Source: Phycisphaerae bacterium (GTDB lineage Bacteria > Planctomycetota > Phycisphaerae > UBA1845 > Fen-1342). From it: a stretch of 64,000 nucleotides of DNA. Below, piece after piece: positions 48,906 through 58,721 of this stretch. The position numbers and the translations under genes were made by a program. The number at the start of each line of letters is the position of its first letter. The stretch's first letter is position 1. The stretch lies in the NCBI GenBank assembly GCA_050115495.1, contig JASFQK010000002.1:1-64000 (forward strand), given 5' to 3'. Under the pieces are notes generated by a model. The model saw only the letters and a list, made by a program, of their open reading frames with translations, was not told the origin of the DNA and did not search any database.

Positions 48906-50054
48906 ATGGCCCTGGCAGACCTGCGATCTCAGGCGATGCGGCGCGATCCGGAAGAGATGCTCCGCCACCTGCGGCAGTTCGAGCTGGAGCTCAAGTTCAC
49001 CGCGGGGATCTGGTATTTCTCGCCGCCGGGCAGCCGGTTTCACGACACGTACGGCGGCGGGCGGGACATTGCCGAGCGGCTGGAGATCGCCGCCGGTCTG
49101 AAGGACTATGGGCTCGTCGGGCTCGAGGCGCACTACCCGAACGAGATCAACGAGGAGAACCTCGCGCTGTGGAAGCAGTTCACGCGCGATACGGGGCTGC
49201 GCCTGGTTACGGTGATTCCGCTGCTGTTCTGGGATGAGCAGTTCGAGTGGGGGTCGCTATCGAACCCGCTGCCCGAGCAGCGGCAGGTGGCGATCGAGCG
49301 GACGAAGCAGGCGCTGCGGCTGAACAAGGAGTTGGACACCGACTTCGCGGTGGTGTGGCCGGGGATCGACGGGTACGAGAATCCGTTCGGAATCGACTTC
49401 GCCGGTATGCGCGAGCGTTTCGCCGAGGGGCTGGCCGAGGCGATGGATGCGGTGCCGGGCGTGCGCATCGCGTTCGAGCCGAAGCCGTACGAGCCGCGCG
49501 GGCGCATTCTGTTCGGGACGACGGCGGAGGGCGTGCTGCTCGGCCATCACGTCGAGGCGCTATTGGGCAGTACGGAGAATCGCCGGCTGCTGGAGGCGGG
49601 ACACGCGTTGTGCTGTTTGAACCCGGAGATTGGGCACGTGCTGATGGGGTTCGAGGATCTGGCCTACGCGTTCAGTTGGCCGTTGTCGCAGGGCCGGTTG
49701 GCGCACAGCCACTGGAACAGCCAGCCGCTGGGCAACTACGACCAGGACCAGAACGTCGGCGTGATCTCGCCGGAGCAGACCGAGGCCCTGCTGTATACGC
49801 TGAAGATGCACGGTTACCAGGGGTACTTTGGGATCGACATCAACCCGGAGCGCATGCCGGTGGACGTGGCCCTGAAGATCAACATGGACGCGATCCGGGC
49901 GGCGAATGACCGCATCAACGAGTTGGACCACGAGTCGATTCTGTACGCGCTCGTGCATCCGGACCGGGCCCGCGGCTGGCTGGAGGCGTATCTGGTGCGG
50001 GCGCGGGCGCCGCATCCGGAGCGGCTGCCGGCGCTGCCGCCGGTTCGCGGGTAG
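48906..50054 (+). CDS. Xylose isomerase-like (class I) TIM-barrel sugar isomerase
   Basis: FTAGIW, VWPGIDG, EPKPYEPR, NPEIGH, YDQD. Confidence 0.8.
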   Translation: MALADLRSQAMRRDPEEMLRHLRQFELELKFTAGIWYFSPPGSRFHDTYGGGRDIAERLEIAAGLKDYGLVGLEAHYPNEINEENLALWKQFTRDTGLRLVTVIPLLFWDEQFEWGSLSNPLPEQRQVAIERTKQALRLNKELDTDFAVVWPGIDGYENPFGIDFAGMRERFAEGLAEAMDAVPGVRIAFEPKPYEPRGRILFGTTAEGVLLGHHVEALLGSTENRRLLEAGHALCCLNPEIGHVLMGFEDLAYAFSWPLSQGRLAHSHWNSQPLGNYDQDQNVGVISPEQTEALLYTLKMHGYQGYFGIDINPERMPVDVALKINMDAIRAANDRINELDHESILYALVHPDRARGWLEAYLVRARAPHPERLPALPPVRG

Positions 50055-50096
50055 CGGCCGAACTCTGCAGCGGGCATATGACGCGGGTTTGCACGG

Positions 50097-50125
50097 CACC
50101 GGTGGACAAGCCACCAGTGGCACCC
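50097..50125. repeat. REP-like palindrome
   Basis: CACCGGTGG-ACAAG-CCACCAGTG-GCACCC between convergent genes. Confidence 0.5.
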
Positions 50126-50257
50126 GGCGACCGGGAGGGAGTGGTTTGCGCAGACGGCGCGTTGCTGGCGGCAACCCGTCGCTGCCGCTCGGGGCTCGGA
50201 TCGGCGTTGACACGCCTCACGCGGCAGCGTTCGGGCCTCGTGCTGGGCGTCGTTGGG

Positions 50258-50668
50258 TCAGGGGGTGTCGGTCATGCAGTGGCCGCACGTGCCGAAAAGC
50301 ATCAACTCATGCCCGGTGACGCGGCAGCCGTCGGGCAACATCGAGCCGGCGGGTAGGGACACGAGGCACACCTCGAGCACGTAGACCGTGCCGCATTGCT
50401 CGCAGCGGAAGAAGCAATGGTGGCCACGGTCGGTGGGTTCATAGCGGGTGGAGCCGTCGGGCAGCGTGATGGAGCGAATGCGCTTGTGGACCAGCAGAAG
50501 CTGGATCGTGCGATAGACGGTGGCGCGTCCCAGGCGCGGCCGGCGGCGTTGGGCACGGCTGAGGATCTCCTTGGCCGTAAGCGGACCCTTGGCCGTAACG
50601 AGCACGCTAAGAATGGTGTCTCGCTGTCCTGTGCGGCGCTTGCCTATGGGCTTGCCACTGGCGGGCAT
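50258..50668 (-). CDS. Fur-family transcriptional regulator
   Basis: TGQRDTIL, LGRATVYRTI, HHxxxxCEQC, C-terminal GTCGHC. Confidence 0.88.
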   Translation of the reverse strand: MPASGKPIGKRRTGQRDTILSVLVTAKGPLTAKEILSRAQRRRPRLGRATVYRTIQLLLVHKRIRSITLPDGSTRYEPTDRGHHCFFRCEQCGTVYVLEVCLVSLPAGSMLPDGCRVTGHELMLFGTCGHCMTDTP

Positions 50669-50740
50669 GGGCGTACCTCGCTCTCTGCTCGCCGCCGCGA
50701 GCCTTGTGCGAAACCCACCCGGCCTCCGGGAGCCGAGACC

Positions 50741-50771
50741 GATAATACTAGATGATAATAGCGTGTCAGCA
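50741..50771. promoter_or_regulatory. AT-rich Fur-box-like element overlapping a minus-strand -10
   Basis: GATAATACTAGATGATAAT (two GATAAT hexamers) between the divergent fur-like and aminotransferase genes. Confidence 0.4.
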
Positions 50772-50876
50772 AGGAACCGGAAAGTCCACCGCCGGGAAGG
50801 GACGCCGCTACGGCTGTACAATGGGCCGGCCGTGCGGCGTGCACGGCGGGGCGACATCGCCCGGGAGGCACCGAAC

Positions 50877-52175
50877 ATGGACGAGTCACGGCGACGGTTT
50901 CTGCAGCGGGGGATGACCTTGGGGGCGCTGGCGGCGATGGCCCTGCGGGACGACGCCGTGGAGCGGGTACTGGCCGCGGGCCAGACGGCGGGCGGCCGGC
51001 CGCCGGAGGATGTGGCCACGGACGAGGACTACTGGATGCAGGTCCAGCAGGCGTTTTCGCTGGACCGCAGCATGATCTACCTGAACAACGGGGGGATTTG
51101 CCCCTCACCGCGGATCGTACAGGAAGCCATCCGCAAGCACGACATTTTCACCAACGTGGCCCCGGCACGGTCGATGTGGCGGCTGCTCGACCCGCAGGTG
51201 GAGACGAGCCGCGTGCGGCTGGCCCGGGCCTTCAGGTGTTCACCTGAGGAGATGGCCATTACGCGGAACACCAGCGAGGCCCTCCAGATCGTCATCTACG
51301 GGATGGATCTGGCCGCGGGGGACGAGGTGCTGACGACCGACCAGGACTATCCGCGGATGATCAACACGTACAAGCAGCGGGAACTGCGCGACGGCGTCGT
51401 GCTCAAGCAGGTGGCGGTGCCGACGCCGGCGCAGGATCCCGGCGACCTGCTGGAGGCGTTCGCGAAGAACATCACGCCGAAGACGAAAGTCCTGCTGTGC
51501 TGTCATGTGGTGAACCTCACCGGGCAGATCTACCCGGTGCGAGACATCTGCCGGCTGGGGCGGGAGCATGGGATTCCGGTGATCGTGGACGGGGCGCATG
51601 CTTTCGCGCACCTGGCGTACAAGCAGGCGGATCTGGAGTGCACGTACTACGGGACGAGCCTGCACAAGTGGTTGACGGGGCCGCTGGGCACGGGCTTCCT
51701 GTACGTGCGGAAGGACAAGATCGGTGAGTTGTGGCCGCTGATGGCCGCGCCCGAGCCGCGCAGCGAGGACATTCGCAAATTTGAGGAAATCGGCACGCAC
51801 CGCGTGGCCGAGCGGCTGGCCATCTGCGAAGCGCTCGATTTTCACGAAGCCATCGGTGCGCAACGCAAGGAGGCGCGGCTGCGCCATCTGCGCGACTACT
51901 GGGCCCGACGTGTGTCGCAGGATCGACGCGTGAAGCTGTTCGCCCGGCTCGAGCCGGGGCATTCGACCGGCGTGGCCACGTTCGCCATCGAGGGTATCGA
52001 CAACGGTCAGCTTGTGGCTCATCTGTGGAACAAGCACCACATTTATGTGATTCCCATCAATCACGAATCGGTGAAGGGCGTGCGCGTGACGCCGAACGTG
52101 TATACAACGCTCGGCGAGTTGGATATGTTCTGCGAGGCGGTGGAAGACGTTCTGGCGAACGGGCTGCCGGCGTAG
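50877..52175 (+). CDS. Tat-exported class V PLP-dependent enzyme (isopenicillin N epimerase/PvdN-like)
   Basis: SRRRFL Tat motif; YLNNGG, VDGAH, SLHKWL. Confidence 0.88.
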   Translation: MDESRRRFLQRGMTLGALAAMALRDDAVERVLAAGQTAGGRPPEDVATDEDYWMQVQQAFSLDRSMIYLNNGGICPSPRIVQEAIRKHDIFTNVAPARSMWRLLDPQVETSRVRLARAFRCSPEEMAITRNTSEALQIVIYGMDLAAGDEVLTTDQDYPRMINTYKQRELRDGVVLKQVAVPTPAQDPGDLLEAFAKNITPKTKVLLCCHVVNLTGQIYPVRDICRLGREHGIPVIVDGAHAFAHLAYKQADLECTYYGTSLHKWLTGPLGTGFLYVRKDKIGELWPLMAAPEPRSEDIRKFEEIGTHRVAERLAICEALDFHEAIGAQRKEARLRHLRDYWARRVSQDRRVKLFARLEPGHSTGVATFAIEGIDNGQLVAHLWNKHHIYVIPINHESVKGVRVTPNVYTTLGELDMFCEAVEDVLANGLPA

Positions 52176-52211
52176 GGCCGGCGGGGCAGCGGCATCGCCA
52201 TGGGTGACGGC

Positions 52212-52961
52212 ATGGGTGTGGATGAAATCCGGGTCGACGCGTTGCCGGCGGGGCGGCGCGAGGTATTCGCCGAGTTCGCTCGCACGGTTCAGCAGATGGC
52301 GGGCGATGGGCTGCTCGGGTTGTGCGCCTGCGGCGGGTGGGTGGTCGACGATCGTTTCTACGAGCGGGCGCCGGCACAGGGCGTGCTCGTACTGCGCGAG
52401 GTCGATCTGAACCTGTTGGATCGGCTGGCGTCGGTGGGCGGGCGGTTCGGTCGGCGGAATGTGGCCGCTCCGCTGATCATGACGTCGGAGTACATCGAGG
52501 CGTCACGGGACGTTTTTCCGCTGGAATTGCTGGAGATTCAACAGCTTCACCGTGTCGTATGCGGGGCGGATCACTTCGAGTCGCTCTCGCTGGCGCCGGC
52601 GGATCTGCGGCTGCAATGCGAGCGGGAGCTGAAGAGCGAACTGATCCGCATGCGGCAGGGATTGATTGCTGCGGCCGGCAAGCGCGGGCCGCTGGATGAG
52701 CTGTGCGCCGGGGCGGCGGAGCGCAGCGTGCGTGTGCTGCGCGGGATTCTGCACCTCGTCGGTCGCGAGGTGCCGGCGCTGGTGCTGAACGTGATGGAGA
52801 CGGCGGCAGAAGTCGCCGGGCTGCGGCTGGTGACGCTGGCGCGGGCGGCGGCGGGGGCAGATCACCTGGATTTCGACGGTTTTCGCCGGTGCTACGACGA
52901 GGTGGCGGCGCTCGCCCACTATGTGGACCAACTGACGCCGAGCGGGGCGGTCGGCGCTTAG
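52212..52961 (+). CDS. Nucleotidyltransferase-like protein associated with LemA/TPM
   Basis: PLIMT..YI..SRDVFPLE, LRLQCERELK; degenerate NTase motif; start uncertain (52200 or 52212). Confidence 0.65.
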   Translation: MGVDEIRVDALPAGRREVFAEFARTVQQMAGDGLLGLCACGGWVVDDRFYERAPAQGVLVLREVDLNLLDRLASVGGRFGRRNVAAPLIMTSEYIEASRDVFPLELLEIQQLHRVVCGADHFESLSLAPADLRLQCERELKSELIRMRQGLIAAAGKRGPLDELCAGAAERSVRVLRGILHLVGREVPALVLNVMETAAEVAGLRLVTLARAAAGADHLDFDGFRRCYDEVAALAHYVDQLTPSGAVGA

Positions 52962-53020
52962 AACAATGCCGGCCGGCTGTAATGGGCGGGGCGGAGTCGA
53001 CTGGATAGGATCGGGAGTTG

Positions 53021-53920
53021 ATGAACATGGGCGTCAGGAATGCTGAAGGCCGGTTCGCTGCGGGACACTGGGCGGCCCTGTTGCTGCTTGGCGTGGCGCT
53101 GTCGGTCGTGGCGCGCGCCCAGCAGGTGCCGGCGGCGCCGCGCGATTACATCGTCGATCAGGCGAATGTCGTTTCCGCCGCCACCGAGACCCGGCTCAAC
53201 GGCTATCTCCAGGATCTCGAGCGGAAGACGAAGGCGCAGTTGCTCGTGCTGACCGTGCGGACGACAGACGGGGCGGCGATCAACGACTATACCCTGGCCG
53301 TCGCCGAGAAGTGGAAGCTGGGCAAGAAGGGCATCGACAACGGGGCCCTGGTGGTCATCGCGGTGGATGACAAGGCCTGGACGATCCAGGTGGGGTACGG
53401 GCTGGAGCCCGTGTTGACGGATCAGTTCTGCGGGCAGGTGGGTCGCGAGATCATGCGGCCGCATTTCCGGCAGGGGCAGTTCGGGGAGGGGCTGTTCCAG
53501 GGTGTGGTGGCGCTGGCCGGCCGCGTGGCGCAGAATGCCAACGTGCAGGTCACCGACATGCCCGTGGTGCCCGTCGGAGCGGGGACAAGCGGCGTGAGGA
53601 TGAGTAGCGGCGGAGAATGCGGCAGCGGTTTCGGCTACTTCATTCCGCTGCTGGTGCTGTTTCTGATCCTGGGTGGTCTGGGCGGCGGCCGGGGCGGTCG
53701 ACGCCGATACTACGGCGGTTCGGGCGGCATCCTGCCATGGCTAATCCTCAGCGGGATGAGCGCCGGGAGACGGCATAGCAGTTGGGGAGGCAGTTCCCAC
53801 GGCGGGTTCGGCGGGGGCTTCGGCGGCGGGGGTTTCGGGGGCGGCGGGTTCGGCGGGGGGAGCTTTGGTGGCGGGGGTGGCGGCTCGTTCGGCGGCGGCG
53901 GGGCGTCGGGCGGTTGGTAG
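53021..53920 (+). CDS. TPM domain membrane protein with Gly-rich tail
   Basis: YIVDQANV, WKLGKKGIDNG, IQVGYGLE, GGSFGGGGASGGW. Confidence 0.92.
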   Translation: MNMGVRNAEGRFAAGHWAALLLLGVALSVVARAQQVPAAPRDYIVDQANVVSAATETRLNGYLQDLERKTKAQLLVLTVRTTDGAAINDYTLAVAEKWKLGKKGIDNGALVVIAVDDKAWTIQVGYGLEPVLTDQFCGQVGREIMRPHFRQGQFGEGLFQGVVALAGRVAQNANVQVTDMPVVPVGAGTSGVRMSSGGECGSGFGYFIPLLVLFLILGGLGGGRGGRRRYYGGSGGILPWLILSGMSAGRRHSSWGGSSHGGFGGGFGGGGFGGGGFGGGSFGGGGGGSFGGGGASGGW

Positions 53921-53954
53921 CAGGTGAAACGTGTCTGGAAATGAGGTGGCAAGC

Positions 53955-54557
53955 ATGAACCGGCGAGCGGGTGTGGCCGCGATCGTCCTGGCCTTCATCG
54001 TGGTGCTGGCGGTGTTCGCCCTGGTTATCGGCGGTTGCGCCGTGAGCGGTTACAACAAGGCGATCAACCTCTCCGAACGCGTCGACGCCCAGTGGGCACA
54101 GGTCGACGTCGTGCTCCAGCGGCGATACGATCTGATCCCGAACCTGATGGAGACGGTGAAGGGCTACGCCGGCCACGAGAAGGAGATCTTCACCGAGATC
54201 GCCAAGAGCCGGGAGAAGTACTTCCAGGCCGGCGGTCGCGACGAGAAGGTGGCGGCGGCGAACGGGCTGGAACGGGCCCTTTCGCGGCTGCTGGTGCTCC
54301 AGGAGCGCTATCCGGACCTGAAGGCCCAGGCCAGCTTCCAGCAGTTCATGGACTCGCTGGAGGGCACGGAGAACCGCATCAGCGTGGAACGCCGGCGGTA
54401 TAACCTGGCGGTGAAGGAGTTGAACCTGTTCTGCAGGGGGTTCTTCGGGCAGATGTACTCGGGTTGGGCGGGGGTGACGTCGGCGGAGTACTTCGAGGCC
54501 GAGCAGGGTGCCAAGGAAGCGCCGAAGGTCGATTTCGGGTCCGGCCAGTCGCCATAG
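53955..54557 (+). CDS. lemA: LemA family protein
   Basis: WAQVDVVLQRRYDLIPNL, ERYPDLKA, EGTENRI. Confidence 0.95.
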   Translation: MNRRAGVAAIVLAFIVVLAVFALVIGGCAVSGYNKAINLSERVDAQWAQVDVVLQRRYDLIPNLMETVKGYAGHEKEIFTEIAKSREKYFQAGGRDEKVAAANGLERALSRLLVLQERYPDLKAQASFQQFMDSLEGTENRISVERRRYNLAVKELNLFCRGFFGQMYSGWAGVTSAEYFEAEQGAKEAPKVDFGSGQSP

Positions 54558-54606
54558 AGGGGGGCGCTCCTGGGCTGGCGGGGGAGACTTCCCGCGTCGG
54601 GAGAAA

Positions 54607-54628
54607 CGGCGGGCCGAGTCCGCCCTAC
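54607..54628. repeat. GTAG-type REP copy
   Basis: cggcgggccgagtccgccctac, 20/22 identical to 198-219. Confidence 0.65.
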
Positions 54629-54680
54629 GTTGGGCGCGGAGTTGGTCCCTGTCGTGATGGGAGGGGGGGGCCGGGGCGGG

Positions 54681-54708
54681 TTGACACTTGAGGGGGGCCA
54701 CATAGAAT
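54681..54708 (+). promoter_or_regulatory. sigma70 promoter of the ABC/Gld-like operon
   Basis: TTGACA-N16-TAGAAT. Confidence 0.6.
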
Positions 54709-54865
54709 GACACGCCGCGTTGACCGCCGGAGCTGCATTGTGCTAAGCGGTTGTCCTGCCAGCCAGTGGTGCGGTGCGGGGTCTTCAGCGCCATGATCCC
54801 CAGAAAGCTGACCGGTTCGTCGCACGCCAGCAGTCTGTGATAGCTTTGGGTGGGAGGTAACAGCC

Positions 54866-55810
54866 ATGATTGAGGTGCGAAACCTCTCGAAGCACTACGG
54901 AGCGCACCGGGCGGTCGACAACATCTCCTTCCGCGTGAATGAGGGGGAGGTCGTCGGCTTTCTGGGCCCGAATGGTGCCGGTAAGACGACCACGCTGCGC
55001 ATCCTGACGTGCTTCCTGCCGGCGACGGCGGGGGCGGCCAGCGTCGCTGGCCACGACGTGTTTACGGAGTCGCTGGCGGTGCGGCGGTCGGTGGGGTACC
55101 TGCCGGAGAGCGTGCCGCTGTACCCGGAAATGCGGGTGCGGGAGTACCTGCGGTTCCGGGGCAAGCTGCGCGGGCTGAGCTACACCGAGCGGGCAACCGC
55201 GTTGGGCGAGGTGACCGAGCGTTGCTGGCTCAAGGACGTGTACAACCGGCCGATCGGGCACCTGTCGAAGGGGTATCGGCAGCGCGTGGGTCTGGCCGAC
55301 GCGCTGCTGCACAATCCGCCGGTGTTGATCCTGGACGAGCCGACCGTGGGGCTGGACCCGTCGCAGATTCGCGAGACGCGTTCGCTGATCCGGGAGCTGG
55401 CCCAGGAGCACACGGTGATCCTGTCGAGCCACATCCTGCCGGAGGTGGAGGCCACCTGTCAGCGGATCATCTTCATTCATGAGGGGCGGCTGGTGGCGTC
55501 GGGCTCACCCGAGGAGCTGCGCGAGCGGTTCAGCGAACGGCACGGCGCGATTGTCGAGGTGCGGGCGCCGGCCGAGGAAGTGGATGCGGCGCTGCGCACC
55601 GTGGCGGGCGTGAGCGACGTGCGCACCGCGCTGCACGACGGCTGGACGCGGGCCACGGTGGTGGCGAACCAGGACGTGCGGACGGCGGTCGCCGCGCTCG
55701 TCGCACAGCGGGGCTGGGCCCTGCGCGAACTGCGGCGTGACGCGGCGACGCTGGAGGACTTCTTCGTGCAGACCGTGAAAGGGGCGGGTGCGGGGAGGGT
55801 GCGAACATGA
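54866..55810 (+). CDS. ABC transporter ATP-binding protein (GldA-like)
   Basis: GPNGAGKTT, LSKGYRQR, ILDEPT, SSH. Confidence 0.93.
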   Translation: MIEVRNLSKHYGAHRAVDNISFRVNEGEVVGFLGPNGAGKTTTLRILTCFLPATAGAASVAGHDVFTESLAVRRSVGYLPESVPLYPEMRVREYLRFRGKLRGLSYTERATALGEVTERCWLKDVYNRPIGHLSKGYRQRVGLADALLHNPPVLILDEPTVGLDPSQIRETRSLIRELAQEHTVILSSHILPEVEATCQRIIFIHEGRLVASGSPEELRERFSERHGAIVEVRAPAEEVDAALRTVAGVSDVRTALHDGWTRATVVANQDVRTAVAALVAQRGWALRELRRDAATLEDFFVQTVKGAGAGRVRT

Positions 55811-56526
55811 GAAACATGCTGGCGATCATGCAGCGCGAGCTGCTGTCGCTGTTCTGCTCGCCGATTGCCTACATCGTCATCGCCGGCTTCTGGCTGATCA
55901 CGGGCGTGCTGGTCTGGGTCAGCGCGACGTTCGAGCCGGGCAAGCCGGCGATGCTACGGGACGTGTTCTGGTGGACGCCGTTGGTGCTGACCATCATCAT
56001 CCCGGCGATCAGCATGCGGACGATCTGCGAGGAGTATCGCTCCGGCACGATCGAGACGCTGATGACGGCTCCGCTGACCGACGGGCAGATGGTGCTGGGC
56101 AAGTACCTGGCGTCGCTCGTGTTCTACCTGATCATGATCACCGGCACGCTGGTGTACATGGTGCTGATGGAGATCTACGGCGATCCGGACTGGGGCGCGG
56201 CCCTGGCGGCGTACCTGGGGCTGGTGCTGGTCGGTGTGTTCTTCACCGCGTTCGGCGTGTTCGCCAGCAGCCTGACGCGTAACCAGATCGTGGCCTGGAT
56301 CCTGGGGTTCGTGCCGCTGCTGCTGTTCGCCTGGCTCGCGTACTACGTCGCGGACCGACCCGAGGGTTGGATGCGCCAGGTGCTGCAACAGATCAACGTA
56401 ATGGGACGCTTCGGCGAGTTCGCGCGCGGGCAGGTCAAGACCGACGCGATCGCCTACTTCCTCGTCCTCGGCGGGCTCTTCCTGTTCCTCAGCGTGAAAG
56501 TCGTGGAGTCCAGGCGATGGCGGTAA
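55807..56526 (+). CDS. ABC-2 permease (GldF-like)
   Basis: REL..LF.SPIAY, EEYRSGTIETL.TAP, six TMs. Confidence 0.9.
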   Translation: MRNMLAIMQRELLSLFCSPIAYIVIAGFWLITGVLVWVSATFEPGKPAMLRDVFWWTPLVLTIIIPAISMRTICEEYRSGTIETLMTAPLTDGQMVLGKYLASLVFYLIMITGTLVYMVLMEIYGDPDWGAALAAYLGLVLVGVFFTAFGVFASSLTRNQIVAWILGFVPLLLFAWLAYYVADRPEGWMRQVLQQINVMGRFGEFARGQVKTDAIAYFLVLGGLFLFLSVKVVESRRWR

Positions 56527-58715
56527 ACGCAGAAACAAGCGCGGCCCAGCGCCGCGTGGCGTTCGGGATCAACGCGGTCGTGCAGGCCGTGCTGGCCATC
56601 ATCGTGGCCATCGGCGTGATCTGGCTGGCGGGAAAGTGGAGCGCACAGGCGGACTGGACCAGCGCGCGGCTCAACAGCCTCAGTCCACGCACGGTGAACC
56701 TCCTGCACACGCTGCCGGAGAACATCCGTATCACGTCGCTGTTCGCCGAGCCGGACCAGGAGCGTCAGCCGCTCCAGCGGAAGCGCTGGCGCGAGCTCCG
56801 CGATATACTCGAGTTGTACGACTCGGCCGGCGGGGCGAAGGTCAGCGCCCGCACGCTCGAACCGACCCTGGCCAAGACTGAAACCGAAGAGCTGCTCAAG
56901 CGGCTGGCCAACCTGCCGGCCTACCGTGACGAGGCTGCCCCCCACCGCGAGGCTCTCGCCAGGTTCGAGCCGCTCAAGCAGCGCGTGACGGAACTGGCCG
57001 GCGGTGAGTATCAGCAGGCCCGCGAACTGGCCGCCGCTGCTCCCGCCGTCGCCCAGGAGCGCACGTTCGAGTTGGTGCTCAACAGCCTCCAGTCGATCGT
57101 CGAGGTGGCCGACAGCGTCACCGAAGAACTGAAGATGCTCGAAGGCGGCGAGATCCCCCACTACGGCGAGGCCCTCGGCCAGGTGCGCACCTACCTGACG
57201 CAGGTGCAGCAGGCCCTGCGCGGCGTGTCCACCTGGATGACCAGCGACGGTGTGCGCATCGGCGGGCTGACGCCGGAGCTGCGCGAGTTCTTCGAGCAGT
57301 CCATGACGCGCTACAGCGACGTGCTTGCCGAGATCGACCAGCTCCTGGCCGACACGCAGGAGCTGAAGGAAGTGAAGCTCGAAGACCTCCACCAGGAGCT
57401 GGCCCGCTGGCGCGACGGAGCAACCGTATTGGTCGAGAGCGAGCACGAAGCCCGAGTCATTCCCTTCAACGACATCTGGCAGGCCCCCCTCGATCGGAAC
57501 ATCCGGCCCGGCCCGGAGGGCGAGACCCGCGAGTTCGCGGCCGAAGCGGCCATCTCGTCGGCGATCCTGCAACTGACGCAGCACGACAGGACCGCGGTGG
57601 TCTTCACGTATTACGGCGGTCCGTCGCCGATCCAGCCCGACTACTCGCAGATGAACCCGGCGATGCAGCAGGTGCCGCGGGCGCCGTACCAGGAGTTGGT
57701 CGAGCGACTGGAAAAGGCGAACTTCCTGACGGGAGAGTGGAACGTCGAGGCAGTGAAGGAGCCGCCGGTGGTGGGGGACGCGGCGCGCACCGTGTACGTG
57801 GTGTTCCGGCCGTCGCCGCCGCCGCGACCGAATCCGATGCGGCCGTCGCCGGAGACGGGCATGACGGCCGAGGATCGGCAACTCGTCGAGAAAGCGGTGG
57901 AGGCGTCGGGGATGGCGGTGTTCCTGGTGGGGTGGAGGCTGCCGCAGTCGCCGCTGCCCGGGGCGACGGAGATGTACGAGTACGGCTCGTATCTGAAAGA
58001 GCAGTGGGGCGTGGACGTGCGCAGCGAATACGTGGCGCTGGCGTTCATGCCGAATCCGCAGAAGCCGGGCTGGTGGGTGCCGGCGGGGCAGAAGCCGTGG
58101 CTGTTGACCACGGACCGGGTGCTGCGACTGACCGATCACCCGATCAGCGCGTCGCTCCGGACAACGCGGGCAGCGTTCTGGATGACGGCCCCGCTGGCGG
58201 CCGTGCCGAAGAAAGAGCGGCCGGAAGGTTTGGAAGTGGACACGGTCGTCGAGGTGCGGAAGACGGAAGACGCCTGGGCCATCGTCGACCTGCAGCGCCT
58301 GTTTGAGGAGGAGTTCAGGCGGAACGAGGGGACGCGACAGATGGACGGTGATCTGGGCACGCCGTTCCCCGTCGCCATGGCCGCCACCAACGCCGACGGA
58401 AAGAAGGTGGTCGTCTTCGGCAGCTCGCAGTTCGCCGAGGACGGCCTGGCCAACGCCACGGGGCTGATGGCCGTGGGCAAGTCGGTCGTGCTGGGGCAGG
58501 TCTATCCGGCGAACAGCGACCTGTTCATCAACACGCTGCACTGGCTGACGGGCGAGGCCGACCGCATCGCCGTCGGGCCGCGCCGGGCCAGCGTGCCGCG
58601 CTTGACCGGACTCGATGAAACGGGGGCGCTCTTTGTGCGTTGGTTCCTCGTGGGTATCTGGCCGGCGTCTATCCTCGTGATCGGCGTCTGCGTGTGGCTG
58701 ATTCGGCGGAGGTAG
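56517..58715 (+). CDS. GldG-family ABC auxiliary protein with a helical insertion
   Basis: N-terminal TM, DWT....NSLSPRT..LL..L, N.DLFINTLHWL, C-terminal TM plus RRR. Confidence 0.8.
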   Translation: MAVNAETSAAQRRVAFGINAVVQAVLAIIVAIGVIWLAGKWSAQADWTSARLNSLSPRTVNLLHTLPENIRITSLFAEPDQERQPLQRKRWRELRDILELYDSAGGAKVSARTLEPTLAKTETEELLKRLANLPAYRDEAAPHREALARFEPLKQRVTELAGGEYQQARELAAAAPAVAQERTFELVLNSLQSIVEVADSVTEELKMLEGGEIPHYGEALGQVRTYLTQVQQALRGVSTWMTSDGVRIGGLTPELREFFEQSMTRYSDVLAEIDQLLADTQELKEVKLEDLHQELARWRDGATVLVESEHEARVIPFNDIWQAPLDRNIRPGPEGETREFAAEAAISSAILQLTQHDRTAVVFTYYGGPSPIQPDYSQMNPAMQQVPRAPYQELVERLEKANFLTGEWNVEAVKEPPVVGDAARTVYVVFRPSPPPRPNPMRPSPETGMTAEDRQLVEKAVEASGMAVFLVGWRLPQSPLPGATEMYEYGSYLKEQWGVDVRSEYVALAFMPNPQKPGWWVPAGQKPWLLTTDRVLRLTDHPISASLRTTRAAFWMTAPLAAVPKKERPEGLEVDTVVEVRKTEDAWAIVDLQRLFEEEFRRNEGTRQMDGDLGTPFPVAMAATNADGKKVVVFGSSQFAEDGLANATGLMAVGKSVVLGQVYPANSDLFINTLHWLTGEADRIAVGPRRASVPRLTGLDETGALFVRWFLVGIWPASILVIGVCVWLIRRR

Positions 58716-58721
58716 GCGGGG

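Noticed and set aside
53770..53920. GGCGGC/TTC repeats
   Set aside because: They encode the normal Gly-rich tail of TPM proteins; not a CRISPR or DNA repeat
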